The notes under the pieces: generated by a model
The model's input: only the letters and a program-made list of their open reading frames with translations
Databases searched by the model: none
What the model was told of the DNA's origin: nothing
Part shown: piece after piece, positions 27,900 to 37,036 of the stretch
How positions within the stretch are numbered: position 1 is the stretch's first letter
How the letters are laid out: each line of letters starts with the position of its first letter
Position numbers and translations under genes: made by a program
Source: Candidatus Limnocylindrales bacterium
GTDB taxonomy: Bacteria > Chloroflexota > Limnocylindria > Limnocylindrales > CSP1-4
Reading direction: 5' to 3'
DNA length: 64,000 nucleotides
Assembly (NCBI GenBank): GCA_038319665.1
Contig: JBBQDL010000009.1
Coordinates: 1,563 to 65,562, forward strand

Positions 27900-28739
27900 G
27901 TGCCGGCGACCCACCGTTCTCGCGTCAGGACGACCGCCCGGCGGTTCGCTCTTGGCGTTGTCGCGATCCTCGTGGCTGGCTGCGGGGCGGCCACCAGCCC
28001 GAGCCTACCGGTGGCTTCGGTCGCCGCCGTCGCGACGCCACCCCCGAGTGTCGCGGCCAGCGCGAGCGCCGCGGCCACGACCACCCCCCGCCCGACACCG
28101 GTCTACCCGACGGTCATGACGCGCCCGACGAACATCCCGACCGACGGCGTGTGCGAGGAGGGCCGCGCTTGCCTCGGATTGATCGCGGCCGGCTCGCATC
28201 ACACCGAGGTGTTCGCTCCCGGGTTCAGCTTTACGATGGCCAAGACGGGTTGGGAGAACATCGGCATGAGCCCGGGGGATGTCGGGCTGCTCCCGCTCGA
28301 CACGCCAGGCGATGAGATCCATTTCTTCGTGCATCCGAAGCCGACGAAGCCCGACGGCACGCTTGACCTCTCTGTCACGGTGAGCGTCGACGGCATCACG
28401 AAATGGTTCGCCGCCGATCCGGCGCTCACGGTCAGTCCGGCCAAGGCCGTCACGATCGGTGGCCTTTCGGGCAAGGTGATGGACTTCGCGCTCGCGCCCG
28501 GCACCGTGAGCCATCCCTCGGATTGCCCGGTGGTGACCTGCGTCAATCTCTTGATCGGCCGTTCCAACACCTGGCAGTGGGACTGGGCAAGCCTCTCCTC
28601 CGAACGGCAGCGGATGTACGTCCTGACAGCCAAGGACGGCGTCGTGCTGATCTTCGTCGACTCGCTCGATGGCACGACCTTCGATGCGCTGACCAAGCGG
28701 GCGGACACCATCCTCGCCACGGTGAAGTTCGACAACTAG
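27900..28739 (+). CDS. hypothetical lipoprotein
   Basis: GTG 27900 has GGAGG 9 nt upstream (alternative ATG at 27825). VPATHRSRVRTTARRFALGVVAILVAGC lipobox followed by a Pro/Ala/Thr-rich linker. Confidence 0.6.
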   Translation: MPATHRSRVRTTARRFALGVVAILVAGCGAATSPSLPVASVAAVATPPPSVAASASAAATTTPRPTPVYPTVMTRPTNIPTDGVCEEGRACLGLIAAGSHHTEVFAPGFSFTMAKTGWENIGMSPGDVGLLPLDTPGDEIHFFVHPKPTKPDGTLDLSVTVSVDGITKWFAADPALTVSPAKAVTIGGLSGKVMDFALAPGTVSHPSDCPVVTCVNLLIGRSNTWQWDWASLSSERQRMYVLTAKDGVVLIFVDSLDGTTFDALTKRADTILATVKFDN

Positions 28740-28760
28740 CGGCCGGTCCCCGCGGGTCGC

Positions 28761-31700
28761 CTACCCCGTGGCCACCGACAACCGTGCCACGACCGCCTGG
28801 GTGAGCGTCCACGCCTTGCGCGGATCCGGCGGGATCCGGAGACGGACCTGGTTGCTCGCGAAGGTGACATCGTTAGGGCGCATGCCGGGCAGCGACGGGC
28901 CGGCCAGGACGCGCATCGCGGTGGCGCGGGTCAGCCCGGCCCCGAATCGGACGACCAGCCAGCCCTCCTCGCGCGAGATCGACGCGACGCCCGCCGCCTC
29001 GGCGGCCATCCGCAGTGCGGCCACTTCGATGAGCCGCGCGACCGGGTCTGGTAGCGGTCCGTAGCGGTCGAGCACCTCCTGGCGGAAGGCGGCGAGATCC
29101 CCTGCCGAGCGAGCGCGCGCCAGACGCCGGTAGAGCTCGAGTTTCTGCGCTTCGTCGGGGACGTAGTCGTCGGGGAGGTGCGCCTCGATCGGCAGGTCGA
29201 CGACGGCCTGGGGCGCCTCGACGATCGGCGCGCGCCCCTCCATCGAGGCCTTGCGCGTCTCGACAGCCTCGGCGAGGAGGCGCGAGTAGAGGTCGAAGCC
29301 GACCGCCGCCATGTGCCCGGACTGCTCGCCACCGAGGATATTGCCCGCGCCCCGGATCTCGAGGTCGGAGAGCGCGATCTGGAAGCCCGCGCCGAGCTCG
29401 GAGGCGTTGAAGATGGCCTGGAGCCGCTTGCGCGCCTCGTCCGAGAGGCGCTCGCGGCGGCGGTAGAGGAGGTAGGCGTAGGCCCGCCGCGACGACCGGC
29501 CGACCCGCCCCCGGAGCTGGTAGAGCTGGGCGAGTCCGAGGGTGTCCGCGCGATCGATGACGATCGTGTTGGCGTTCGGGATGTCGAGCCCCGATTCGAT
29601 GATGGTCGTGCTCACCAGCACGTCGGCGGCGCCGTCGGCGAATGCGATCATGACCTTTTCGAGCGCGCCTTCAGGCATCTGGCCGTGCCCGACCACGAAC
29701 CGCGCGCCGGGCAGCATCCGCCGGAGTTGCTCGGCCTGCGCCTCGATGGTCTCGACCCGGTTGTGGACATAGAAGACCTGGCCGCCCCGATCGAGCTCGC
29801 GCAGGATCGCGTCGCGGACCAGGCCCGCCGACGCCTCGGCGACGCGCGTCTGGATCGGCAGCCGGTCCTCGGGCGGCGTCTCGATGACCGACAGGTCGCG
29901 GATCCCGGCCAGCGCGAGATTGAGCGTCCGCGGGATCGGTGTCGCCGAGAGGGTCAGGACGTCGACCTCGCGCTTGAGCTGCTTGAGCCGTTCCTTGGCC
30001 GCTACCCCGAAGCGCTGCTCCTCGTCGACCACCACGAGCCCGAGGTCGCGGAATCGGATGTCCTTGCTCAGGAGCCGATGCGTCCCGATGACGATGTCGA
30101 CGCTCCCGTCGGCCAGGCCGGCGATCGTCGCCGCCTGCGCGGCCGGGGAAACGAACCGCGACAGGAGCCGGACCTCGAGCGGGAACGCCGCGAACCGCTG
30201 CGAGAAGGTCGCCTCGTGCTGCGCGGCAAGGACCGTGGTCGGCACCAGCACCGCGACCTGGACGCCGTCCTGGACCGCCTTGAAGCCGGCTCGCAACGCC
30301 ACCTCGGTCTTGCCATAGCCGACGTCACCCACGACCAGCCGGTCCATCGGCCGGGTCAGCTCCATGTCCGCCTTGACCTCGGCCGACGCGCGCAGCTGAT
30401 CGATGGTCTCCTCGTACGGGAAGGAGGCCTCCATCTCGGACTGCCACGGCGTGTCCGGGGCGAAGGCGTGGCCGCGGGCCTGCGCGCGCGAGGCGTAGAG
30501 CGCGAGAAGCTCCTCGGCCAGGTCGTCGACCGCCTTGCGAACGCGCTGCTTGGCGCGCAGCCAGTCCGTCCCGCCCAGCTTCGAGAGCGCCGGCCGCTCG
30601 CCGCCCGAATAGCGTGTGACCCGCCCGATCTGCTCGACCGGGACGAAGATCCGATCGCCGCCGGCGAACGAGAGCTCGAGGTAGTCGCGATCCTCGCCCG
30701 CCCCGCCGCGCCGGAGCATCCCCTCGTAGCGGGCGACGCCGTGGTCGATGTGGACGACGAGGTCGCCCGGCGTCAGGCGTTCGAGGATGTCGCGCGGGAC
30801 GACGCGGCGGAGCGCCTTGGGCCGCCGGATCCGGACCGTCCCGAAGAGCTCACGATCCGTGACGAAGGCGAGACCGTCCGGACCGCCGATGAAGCCGCCG
30901 TTGAGGCTTCGCTCGACGAGCGTGATCGCACCCGGCGGTGGCGCCTCCCCCACCCGACCGACCACCGCGAGGTCGTGACCAGCTTCGCCGAGAAGCTCGG
31001 CGAGGCGCGGCGCCTGGTCCGATGCGAGGACGATCCGGGCACCCTCCGCTCGCCAGTCGTCGACGGCTTCGACCAGGCGCCCGGCACGGCCGGCGGGCAG
31101 GACCGGTTCACGCCAGCCGAACGGGTCGCCCGACGACAGGCCCCCGCGGGCCATCGCGACACCCTCGGGCGGGACGGATTCCCAGGTCAGCTCGAGGGTC
31201 CGCGAGGCGACCAGGCGCCCCTTCCAGTCGCGCGGCGGCAGGTAGGTCGATGGCCAGTCCTTGGGCAGCTCCCCGGCCGCGACCAGCTCGGTGCGACGCT
31301 CGTCGGCCTGGCGCCACAGGAACTCGGCTGCCTCGGCGATGTCGCCCGGTTCATCGAGCACGAGGAGGGTGCCCGGACCGATGTGGTCGAGGCCGGTCGC
31401 CGGGGCGAGCTGGGCGGCCCAGACCTCGGCGGCATCGCCGACGGCCATCGCCCGGCTCGATTCGGCTCCCCTCGAGGTCTCGAGCGGCTCGCTGTCGAAC
31501 CGCGCGAGGTCGGCCGCCAGTCGCTCGGGGAGTCGCGCCGCGGCCCGGCCCAGTCGCTTGCGGATCGCGCTCGCGCCGCCAGCCGGGAGGAGGAACTCGG
31601 AGGCTGGAAGGAGGACCGCGGACTCGATGGTCCCGACCGTGCGCTGGTCGGTCGGATCGAACGAGCGGAGCGAGTCGATCTCGTCGCCGAAGAACTCGAT

Positions 31701-32540
31701 TCGGATCGGCAGCGGCATCGACGGCGGGAAGATGTCGACGATCCCGCCACGACGAGCCGATTCGCCCCGACCGGCGACCTCGCTGACGGGCACATACCCG
31801 AGGTCGTACAGCTCCCGCAGCAGCGCGTCCTGGTGGATCCTCGTCCCGAGCCGGATCTCGCGCGGCGCGTCGGGCAGATCGGCCGGGTCGATCGTGTGCT
31901 GGAGGAGCGCCTGGACGCCGGCGACGAGGACGCGCGCCCGGCCGCTCCGCCACGAAGCCAGCGCCGCGACCCGGGCCGCGGTCTCATCGGCGATCAGCTC
32001 GCTGCGCTCGTAAGCAAGCGCCGTCCGCGGCTCAAGGACGACGACCGCCCCGGGGTCGCCCAGCCAGGCGCCGAGTTCCTCGGCTACCCGGTCGCCGATC
32101 TCGGCATCCCGTGCGACCCAGACTAGGCGCTCGCCGTTCGTCGCCAGCGCGAGGCTCGCCGCGAGGTAACTCTTGGCGCCGTGCGGGATGGCCACCAGTC
32201 CGACATGCCGGCCGGCCCGCCTGGAGTCGTCGTCGGCGCTGCCCAGGCGTTCCCGCACTGCCTGGAACGTGCCGGTCGCCGCGAGGAGCGGCGGGAGGGC
32301 GGACAGGTCTGGCAGACGGTGGCCGCCGCGTCGCGCCGGGTCGGCCGGGGTCTTGACCGGCGGCCGGGACTTCGTCGGTGGCCGTCGCGCGTCGGCGACC
32401 TCGGCATCGACGGCGGCCTCGTCGAAGTCCGTCTCCGCCTCGGGAGCCCGGGCAGCGTGGCGCGCCGCGAAGTCGGTCGCGACCCGCTCGGCGATCCGGC
32501 GGTCGCGGCCACGACGGCCCCGAAGCGGCAGATCAGGCAC
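28761..32540 (-). CDS. mfd: transcription-repair coupling factor
   Basis: Superfamily-2 helicase motifs (GDVGYGKTEVA, DEEQRFGV), the CarD-like region (GDLVVHIDHGVARYEG) and a TRG region. Start set to the first canonical start codon below the pth stop (GTG 32540). Confidence 0.9.
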   Translation of the reverse strand: MPDLPLRGRRGRDRRIAERVATDFAARHAARAPEAETDFDEAAVDAEVADARRPPTKSRPPVKTPADPARRGGHRLPDLSALPPLLAATGTFQAVRERLGSADDDSRRAGRHVGLVAIPHGAKSYLAASLALATNGERLVWVARDAEIGDRVAEELGAWLGDPGAVVVLEPRTALAYERSELIADETAARVAALASWRSGRARVLVAGVQALLQHTIDPADLPDAPREIRLGTRIHQDALLRELYDLGYVPVSEVAGRGESARRGGIVDIFPPSMPLPIRIEFFGDEIDSLRSFDPTDQRTVGTIESAVLLPASEFLLPAGGASAIRKRLGRAAARLPERLAADLARFDSEPLETSRGAESSRAMAVGDAAEVWAAQLAPATGLDHIGPGTLLVLDEPGDIAEAAEFLWRQADERRTELVAAGELPKDWPSTYLPPRDWKGRLVASRTLELTWESVPPEGVAMARGGLSSGDPFGWREPVLPAGRAGRLVEAVDDWRAEGARIVLASDQAPRLAELLGEAGHDLAVVGRVGEAPPPGAITLVERSLNGGFIGGPDGLAFVTDRELFGTVRIRRPKALRRVVPRDILERLTPGDLVVHIDHGVARYEGMLRRGGAGEDRDYLELSFAGGDRIFVPVEQIGRVTRYSGGERPALSKLGGTDWLRAKQRVRKAVDDLAEELLALYASRAQARGHAFAPDTPWQSEMEASFPYEETIDQLRASAEVKADMELTRPMDRLVVGDVGYGKTEVALRAGFKAVQDGVQVAVLVPTTVLAAQHEATFSQRFAAFPLEVRLLSRFVSPAAQAATIAGLADGSVDIVIGTHRLLSKDIRFRDLGLVVVDEEQRFGVAAKERLKQLKREVDVLTLSATPIPRTLNLALAGIRDLSVIETPPEDRLPIQTRVAEASAGLVRDAILRELDRGGQVFYVHNRVETIEAQAEQLRRMLPGARFVVGHGQMPEGALEKVMIAFADGAADVLVSTTIIESGLDIPNANTIVIDRADTLGLAQLYQLRGRVGRSSRRAYAYLLYRRRERLSDEARKRLQAIFNASELGAGFQIALSDLEIRGAGNILGGEQSGHMAAVGFDLYSRLLAEAVETRKASMEGRAPIVEAPQAVVDLPIEAHLPDDYVPDEAQKLELYRRLARARSAGDLAAFRQEVLDRYGPLPDPVARLIEVAALRMAAEAAGVASISREEGWLVVRFGAGLTRATAMRVLAGPSLPGMRPNDVTFASNQVRLRIPPDPRKAWTLTQAVVARLSVATG

Positions 32541-32553
32541 GATCGGGCACGGT

Positions 32554-33261
32554 TCAGGCGTCCGGCTTGGTGGGTCGGATGCGGCGCCAGCCGGTCCGCG
32601 TCCGGCGGATCCCGTCCGCGTCGGGCGGGCCATCGACCTCGCCCACCGCCGCGAGACGAGTCGTGTCGGCCGGTCGAAGCTCGAACATGTTGAAGCGGTT
32701 CGCGGCCTTGTTGGTCCCCTCGCGCGCCCAGGCTTCGACCGCGTCGGCGGCCGCGTCGAGCAGCTCATCGAGCCGTTGCTGCTCGTCCGGGGCGAAGCGG
32801 GTCAGGACGTGATCGACCGCGCTCCGGTCCGGCTCGCCGATCCCGACGCGGAGCCGGCTGAACTTCTCGGTCCCGAGCTCCTCGATGATCGAGCCCAACC
32901 CGTTGTGACCGCCGGCGCCGCCTCCCTCCCGAAACCGGAGCTTGCCGAACGGCAGCGCGAAGTCGTCGGCGACGACGAGCAGGTCGCTGAGGGGTGCATG
33001 GTCCCGGGCCAGGACCTTGCGGACGGCCAGCCCCGAGTCGTTCATGTAGGTCAGCGGCTTGACGAGCGTCAGGTCGAACCCGCGAAACCGGCCCGTCGCC
33101 ACGTTCGACGCGTCGCGCTGGCGGCCCTTGCCCGTCCAGCCGGCCCGCTCGGCGAGCTTGTCCATGACCAGCCAGCCGATGTTGTGGCGCGTGCCGGCGT
33201 ACTGCGACCCAGGGTTCCCGAGACCCACGACGACCTTCAACCGAACCTCCGCAGACAGCAC
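32554..33261 (-). CDS. pth: peptidyl-tRNA hydrolase (with about 45-aa C-terminal tail)
   Basis: LKVVVGLGNPGSQYAGTRHNIGW and GHNGLGSI. Confidence 0.9.
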   Translation of the reverse strand: MLSAEVRLKVVVGLGNPGSQYAGTRHNIGWLVMDKLAERAGWTGKGRQRDASNVATGRFRGFDLTLVKPLTYMNDSGLAVRKVLARDHAPLSDLLVVADDFALPFGKLRFREGGGAGGHNGLGSIIEELGTEKFSRLRVGIGEPDRSAVDHVLTRFAPDEQQRLDELLDAAADAVEAWAREGTNKAANRFNMFELRPADTTRLAAVGEVDGPPDADGIRRTRTGWRRIRPTKPDA

Positions 33262-33357
33262 GACACGGCCCGATCCCGTCCAGGGAGGGCCTGCCGCGAT
33301 GGTATCAGCCGCGACCGCCCAGCGGCCTCCGGAGGTCGCCCCGCCTCGCGCCAGACC

Positions 33358-33894
33358 CTAGCGCGACGGGTTGAGGAGACGCTGCTCGAGTGCTCGCATC
33401 GCGGCTTCCTCGGCCGGCTCGGAATGGTCCCAGCCGCAAACGTGGAGCGTGCCGTGGGTGACGAGGAGACGGAGCTCGTCGGTCGGCGACCAACGGACGT
33501 CGCCCGTCTGGCCGCCCTGGCCTCGCTCGGCCTGCTCGATCGCCCGCTCGACCGAAACGACCATCTCGCCGAGATACGGCCGGCGACCCGGTGGCAAGGC
33601 GAAGTCGACGGTCGTGCCGGCTCCCCGGTCCGTGCGACCCGGATGCGCCGGGAACGCCCCAGGTGCGAGGAGCGGGAACGACAGGACATCGGTCGGACCG
33701 GCCTTGCCGAGATACTCGGCGTTGAGCGTCGCGAGCTCGGCATCGTTCGCCATGATGAGCCCGATCGCGGCCGGCGATGGCGCCCCGGCCGCGTCGAGGG
33801 CCGCCGCGACCGCCCGCGCGAGCCCCTGCCCCGAGACCGGCGCGGTTACCCCGTCGCGAATCGTCAGGTCGACCCGCCATGGGCCGATGTACAT
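33358..33894 (-). CDS. ybeY: rRNA maturation RNase YbeY
   Basis: The zinc motif LLVTHGTLHVCGWDH matches HGxLHLxGYDH. Start trimmed to ATG 33894. Confidence 0.9.
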   Translation of the reverse strand: MYIGPWRVDLTIRDGVTAPVSGQGLARAVAAALDAAGAPSPAAIGLIMANDAELATLNAEYLGKAGPTDVLSFPLLAPGAFPAHPGRTDRGAGTTVDFALPPGRRPYLGEMVVSVERAIEQAERGQGGQTGDVRWSPTDELRLLVTHGTLHVCGWDHSEPAEEAAMRALEQRLLNPSR

Positions 33895-33902
33895 CGCCCG
33901 CG

Positions 33903-36035
33903 TCACGACGCCGGGCCGCTCCCCCCACCGCTCCCGCCTGCCGCGCGTCGCGATTCGAGATCGACCACCGTGCTCTGGGGATACGCGATCCGGGTGTGGT
34001 ACATCCCGAGCAGCTGGCCCACGAACGCCTCGCGGATCTGGTCCAGGTCGCGCAGCGTGAGGTCGCACTCGTCGAACTGGCCGTCGGCGACCCGCTCCTC
34101 GATGATCCTCGTGACCATCTGCCGGATCGCCGGCTCGTCGCGCGAAGCGAGCGACCGCACCGACGCCTCGACGCCGTCGGCGAGCATCAGGAGAGCCGCC
34201 TCACGTGACTGCGGTTTTGGCCCGGCGTGGCGGAACCTGCGTTCGTCGACGACCGCGCCCGGCCCCGCGAGCTCCTTCGCGCGGGCATGGAAGTAACTCA
34301 TGATCGCGGTCCCGTGGTGTTGCGGGATGAAGGCGATGAGCGCCTTGGGCAGTCGAGCCTTGTAGGCCAGATCGATCCCGTCGACGACGTGCCGCTTGAG
34401 GATCTCGGCGCTCACCTCCGGCTCGAGCTGGTCGTGGATGTTGTCGCCGCCGGCCTGATTCTCGATGAATGCGAGCGGGTTCGCGAGCTTGCCGACGTCG
34501 TGGTAATAGGCGGCCACGCGGGTCATCAGCGGGTCGGCGCCGATCGCCTCGGCGGCCCGTTCGGCGAGGTTGCCGACCATCAACGAGTGGTGATAGGTCC
34601 CCGGGGTCTCGACGAGGAGCCGGCGAAGGAGCGGCTGTGAGGGGTTCGCGAGCTCGAGCAACTGGAAGACGGTCAGGATCCCGAACACGGAACCGAGCGC
34701 GGCGAACGACCCGACCGCGGCGATCCCCGAGCCCGCCGCGGACGCCGCCGACGCGAACCACAGCTCCAGCACACCCCGCAGGTCGCGCGTCCCGAGCAAC
34801 GAGAAGACCGAGACGACGAGCGCGTTGACAACGAAGACCGCGATCGCGGCCTGGATGAAGACCTGCAGCCGATCGCCCCGGCGCACGACGACGATGCCGG
34901 CCATCCCGCCCAGGAAGATGTAGGTCGCGTACTCGAGCGAGCCGCCGTTCACGGCGCCACCGACGATCGCGACCATGGCGATCACGAATGTCGCGACCGA
35001 CCCGTCGAGCAGGATGGCGAGGAGCATCGCGATCGCGGCGGTCGGCAGGAAGAACGGCAGCGTCGGACGGCCGGCCGTGACCTTGAGGGCGAGGGTCGCG
35101 CCGACCACCACCAGGCCGATCAGGATGAGGACGTTGTCGCGGTGCCAGAGGGTCGGCCGAAAGCGCCAGATCCAGGTCAGCAGCATGCCGACGACGAGGA
35201 CGGCCATCAGCAGCCAGCCGCCGAAGCTCGCGACATCGGGGACGGTGTCGCGCAGGCGGAGTGCATCGATCTTCTCGATGTCGGTCGCCGAGAGCGGCGA
35301 ACCGCTGCGGGCGATGACCTCGCCCTGGCGAATGGTGACCGTGATGGGGGTCACCCCCTCGGCTGCCTTGGCGCGCGCCTGGTCCGTGAGGTCCTGGCTG
35401 AACGAGGAATTGGGGACCACCAGCGGGCTGATCAGCTCCGCGGCGAGCATCCGTTGCGCCTCGTCGAGCTGCCCCGCCATCCGCCCGGAAATACGGGTAC
35501 GCGTCTCGTCGACCTCAGTGTCGCGGAGCTCAGTCCGGAGCGTCGCGTCAAGGACCCGGGCGGCTTCGGTCCGGACCGCCGCCCAACCCGCCGCATCGAG
35601 CCCGACGAGCGTGGCGCGTGTGGCGTCGGAGAGATCCGGGACGGCGGTCTGAAGGAGGCTCTTGCGACTCCCGGCGGTGAGATCCGCGGAGAAGGTGGTG
35701 TCGATGCGGACGACGCGCTTCTCGAAAGCCAACTGCTGGGCCGCGGCGATCGCGATCGCGTTCTCGCTGGTGAAGGTGTACTGGAAGGGGGCGGCGGCAC
35801 TCGCGGCGGCCCGCGCGGCGTCGGTCTGGACTTTGCTGTCGAAATCGATCGCACGCGGCGCGATGATGTCGCGAGTCGCGAGCTGGCCGACCCGGGCATC
35901 GAGGGGCTGCTGGGGAAGGATGTCGGCGCCTAGGATCGCCGCGAGGGCCAGGATGAAGACGCTGGCGGCGATGGCGAGGCGCGGCACGTCGGCGCGGGTG
36001 AACCGAATCGGGTTGTCGTTGCGCTGGGTCAGCAT
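33903..36035 (-). CDS. 7TM-HD (HDIG) membrane phosphohydrolase, PgpH/YqfF-like
   Basis: Extracellular N-terminal domain, seven TM helices, and a C-terminal HD domain (HSLMVGNLAERAA...YHDVGK...HHG). Confidence 0.85.
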   Translation of the reverse strand: MLTQRNDNPIRFTRADVPRLAIAASVFILALAAILGADILPQQPLDARVGQLATRDIIAPRAIDFDSKVQTDAARAAASAAAPFQYTFTSENAIAIAAAQQLAFEKRVVRIDTTFSADLTAGSRKSLLQTAVPDLSDATRATLVGLDAAGWAAVRTEAARVLDATLRTELRDTEVDETRTRISGRMAGQLDEAQRMLAAELISPLVVPNSSFSQDLTDQARAKAAEGVTPITVTIRQGEVIARSGSPLSATDIEKIDALRLRDTVPDVASFGGWLLMAVLVVGMLLTWIWRFRPTLWHRDNVLILIGLVVVGATLALKVTAGRPTLPFFLPTAAIAMLLAILLDGSVATFVIAMVAIVGGAVNGGSLEYATYIFLGGMAGIVVVRRGDRLQVFIQAAIAVFVVNALVVSVFSLLGTRDLRGVLELWFASAASAAGSGIAAVGSFAALGSVFGILTVFQLLELANPSQPLLRRLLVETPGTYHHSLMVGNLAERAAEAIGADPLMTRVAAYYHDVGKLANPLAFIENQAGGDNIHDQLEPEVSAEILKRHVVDGIDLAYKARLPKALIAFIPQHHGTAIMSYFHARAKELAGPGAVVDERRFRHAGPKPQSREAALLMLADGVEASVRSLASRDEPAIRQMVTRIIEERVADGQFDECDLTLRDLDQIREAFVGQLLGMYHTRIAYPQSTVVDLESRRAAGGSGGGSGPAS

Positions 36036-36060
36036 GGCCGGGGCATCTCGGGGCGGGCGG

Positions 36061-36540
36061 TCAGTGGGTGCCGACGTCGTGCGCGGCGAGGTCCGCGCTG
36101 GCAAGGGCCCGGACGACGAGCTCGCTGACACGCTTGCCATCCGCCCTGCCGCGGGTTCGCGGCGCGAGCCAGCCCATCACCTTGCCCATGTCGCGCGCGG
36201 TCGAGGCGTCCGTGGCGGCGATCCCCTCGCGAACGAGATCGGCGATCTCGCCTTCGGTCAGCGCCTGGGGCAGGTACTCGCCCAGGATCCCGATCTCCGC
36301 TTCTTCCTTGGTGGCGAGGTCCTCGCGCCCCCCGGACCGGAACGCCTCCACGGACTCGCGGCGGGTCTTGACCTCACGACTCAGGACCGCCAGGAACTCG
36401 TCATCGCTCAGGGGATGACCCTGCCGCTTCTCGACGTTGTAGGCGGCACTGGTGACCATTCGCAGGACATCGCGACGCAGCCCATCGCCGCCGCGCATGG
36501 CGACGGCGATGTCAGTCTGGACGCGTTCTCGAAGGGACAC
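36061..36540 (-). CDS. GatB/YqeY domain protein
   Basis: 159 aa. MSLRERVQTDIAVAMRGGD...REDLATKEEAEIGILGEYLP is typical of YqeY. Confidence 0.85.
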   Translation of the reverse strand: MSLRERVQTDIAVAMRGGDGLRRDVLRMVTSAAYNVEKRQGHPLSDDEFLAVLSREVKTRRESVEAFRSGGREDLATKEEAEIGILGEYLPQALTEGEIADLVREGIAATDASTARDMGKVMGWLAPRTRGRADGKRVSELVVRALASADLAAHDVGTH

Positions 36541-36637
36541 GGGTCTGGCACCTCGGGCGGGCGGACCACCGCGGTCGCGGTGGGCCGTCGGTGGGCCCGC
36601 GGGGATCAGGGGGCTAGTGATCGGGCGAACGGCCCGC

Positions 36638-36823
36638 TCAGCCGACCTGCGTTCGGGCGTTCTTCTTGCGTTTGGCTTCCTTGCGCTTGCGCTTCACAGA
36701 GGGCTTCTCGTAGTGCTCGCGTCGGCGAGCCTCGGCGAGGATCCCGCTCTGCTGGATCTTCTTGTTGAAGCGACGCAGGGCGCTTTCGAACGTCTCGTTC
36801 TCACCCACTCGGACTTCTGCCAA
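36638..36823 (-). CDS. rpsU: 30S ribosomal protein S21
   Basis: [42 protein letters not shown]... TTG start with a GGAGGTG SD. Confidence 0.95.
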   Translation of the reverse strand: MAEVRVGENETFESALRRFNKKIQQSGILAEARRREHYEKPSVKRKRKEAKRKKNARTQVG

Positions 36824-36925
36824 TCCCGGTTCACCTCCCCAGGCCTGGGTTCATCGGCTCGTCGTCGGGCTCGCGGCCTGCCGGCCCTGACAGCCCCGAA
36901 CGGAAATCCCGTCCAAGGCTGGCGG

Positions 36926-36954
36926 AGCATAGCCGAGGGTCTCGAACCGGTCAA
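36926..36954 (-). promoter_or_regulatory. sigma-70-like promoter candidate for rpsU-yqeY
   Basis: The minus strand reads TTGACC, a 17-nt spacer, then TATGCT, about 100 nt upstream of the rpsU start. Confidence 0.4.
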
Positions 36955-37036
36955 ACGTTCCGAAACAGCTCCTGACTCGATAGAAACCGCCCCCATTGCG
37001 TCGTACGATGGCCGACCACCCCCGCGGAGGCCCACC

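Noticed and set aside
36452-37036. Using the upstream ATG (36452) or GTG (36713) as the start of the acyl-CoA ligase.
   Set aside because: That would place 100-190 codons antisense across rpsU and its leader and promoter. The translated extension is low-complexity and unrelated to AMP-binding enzymes.
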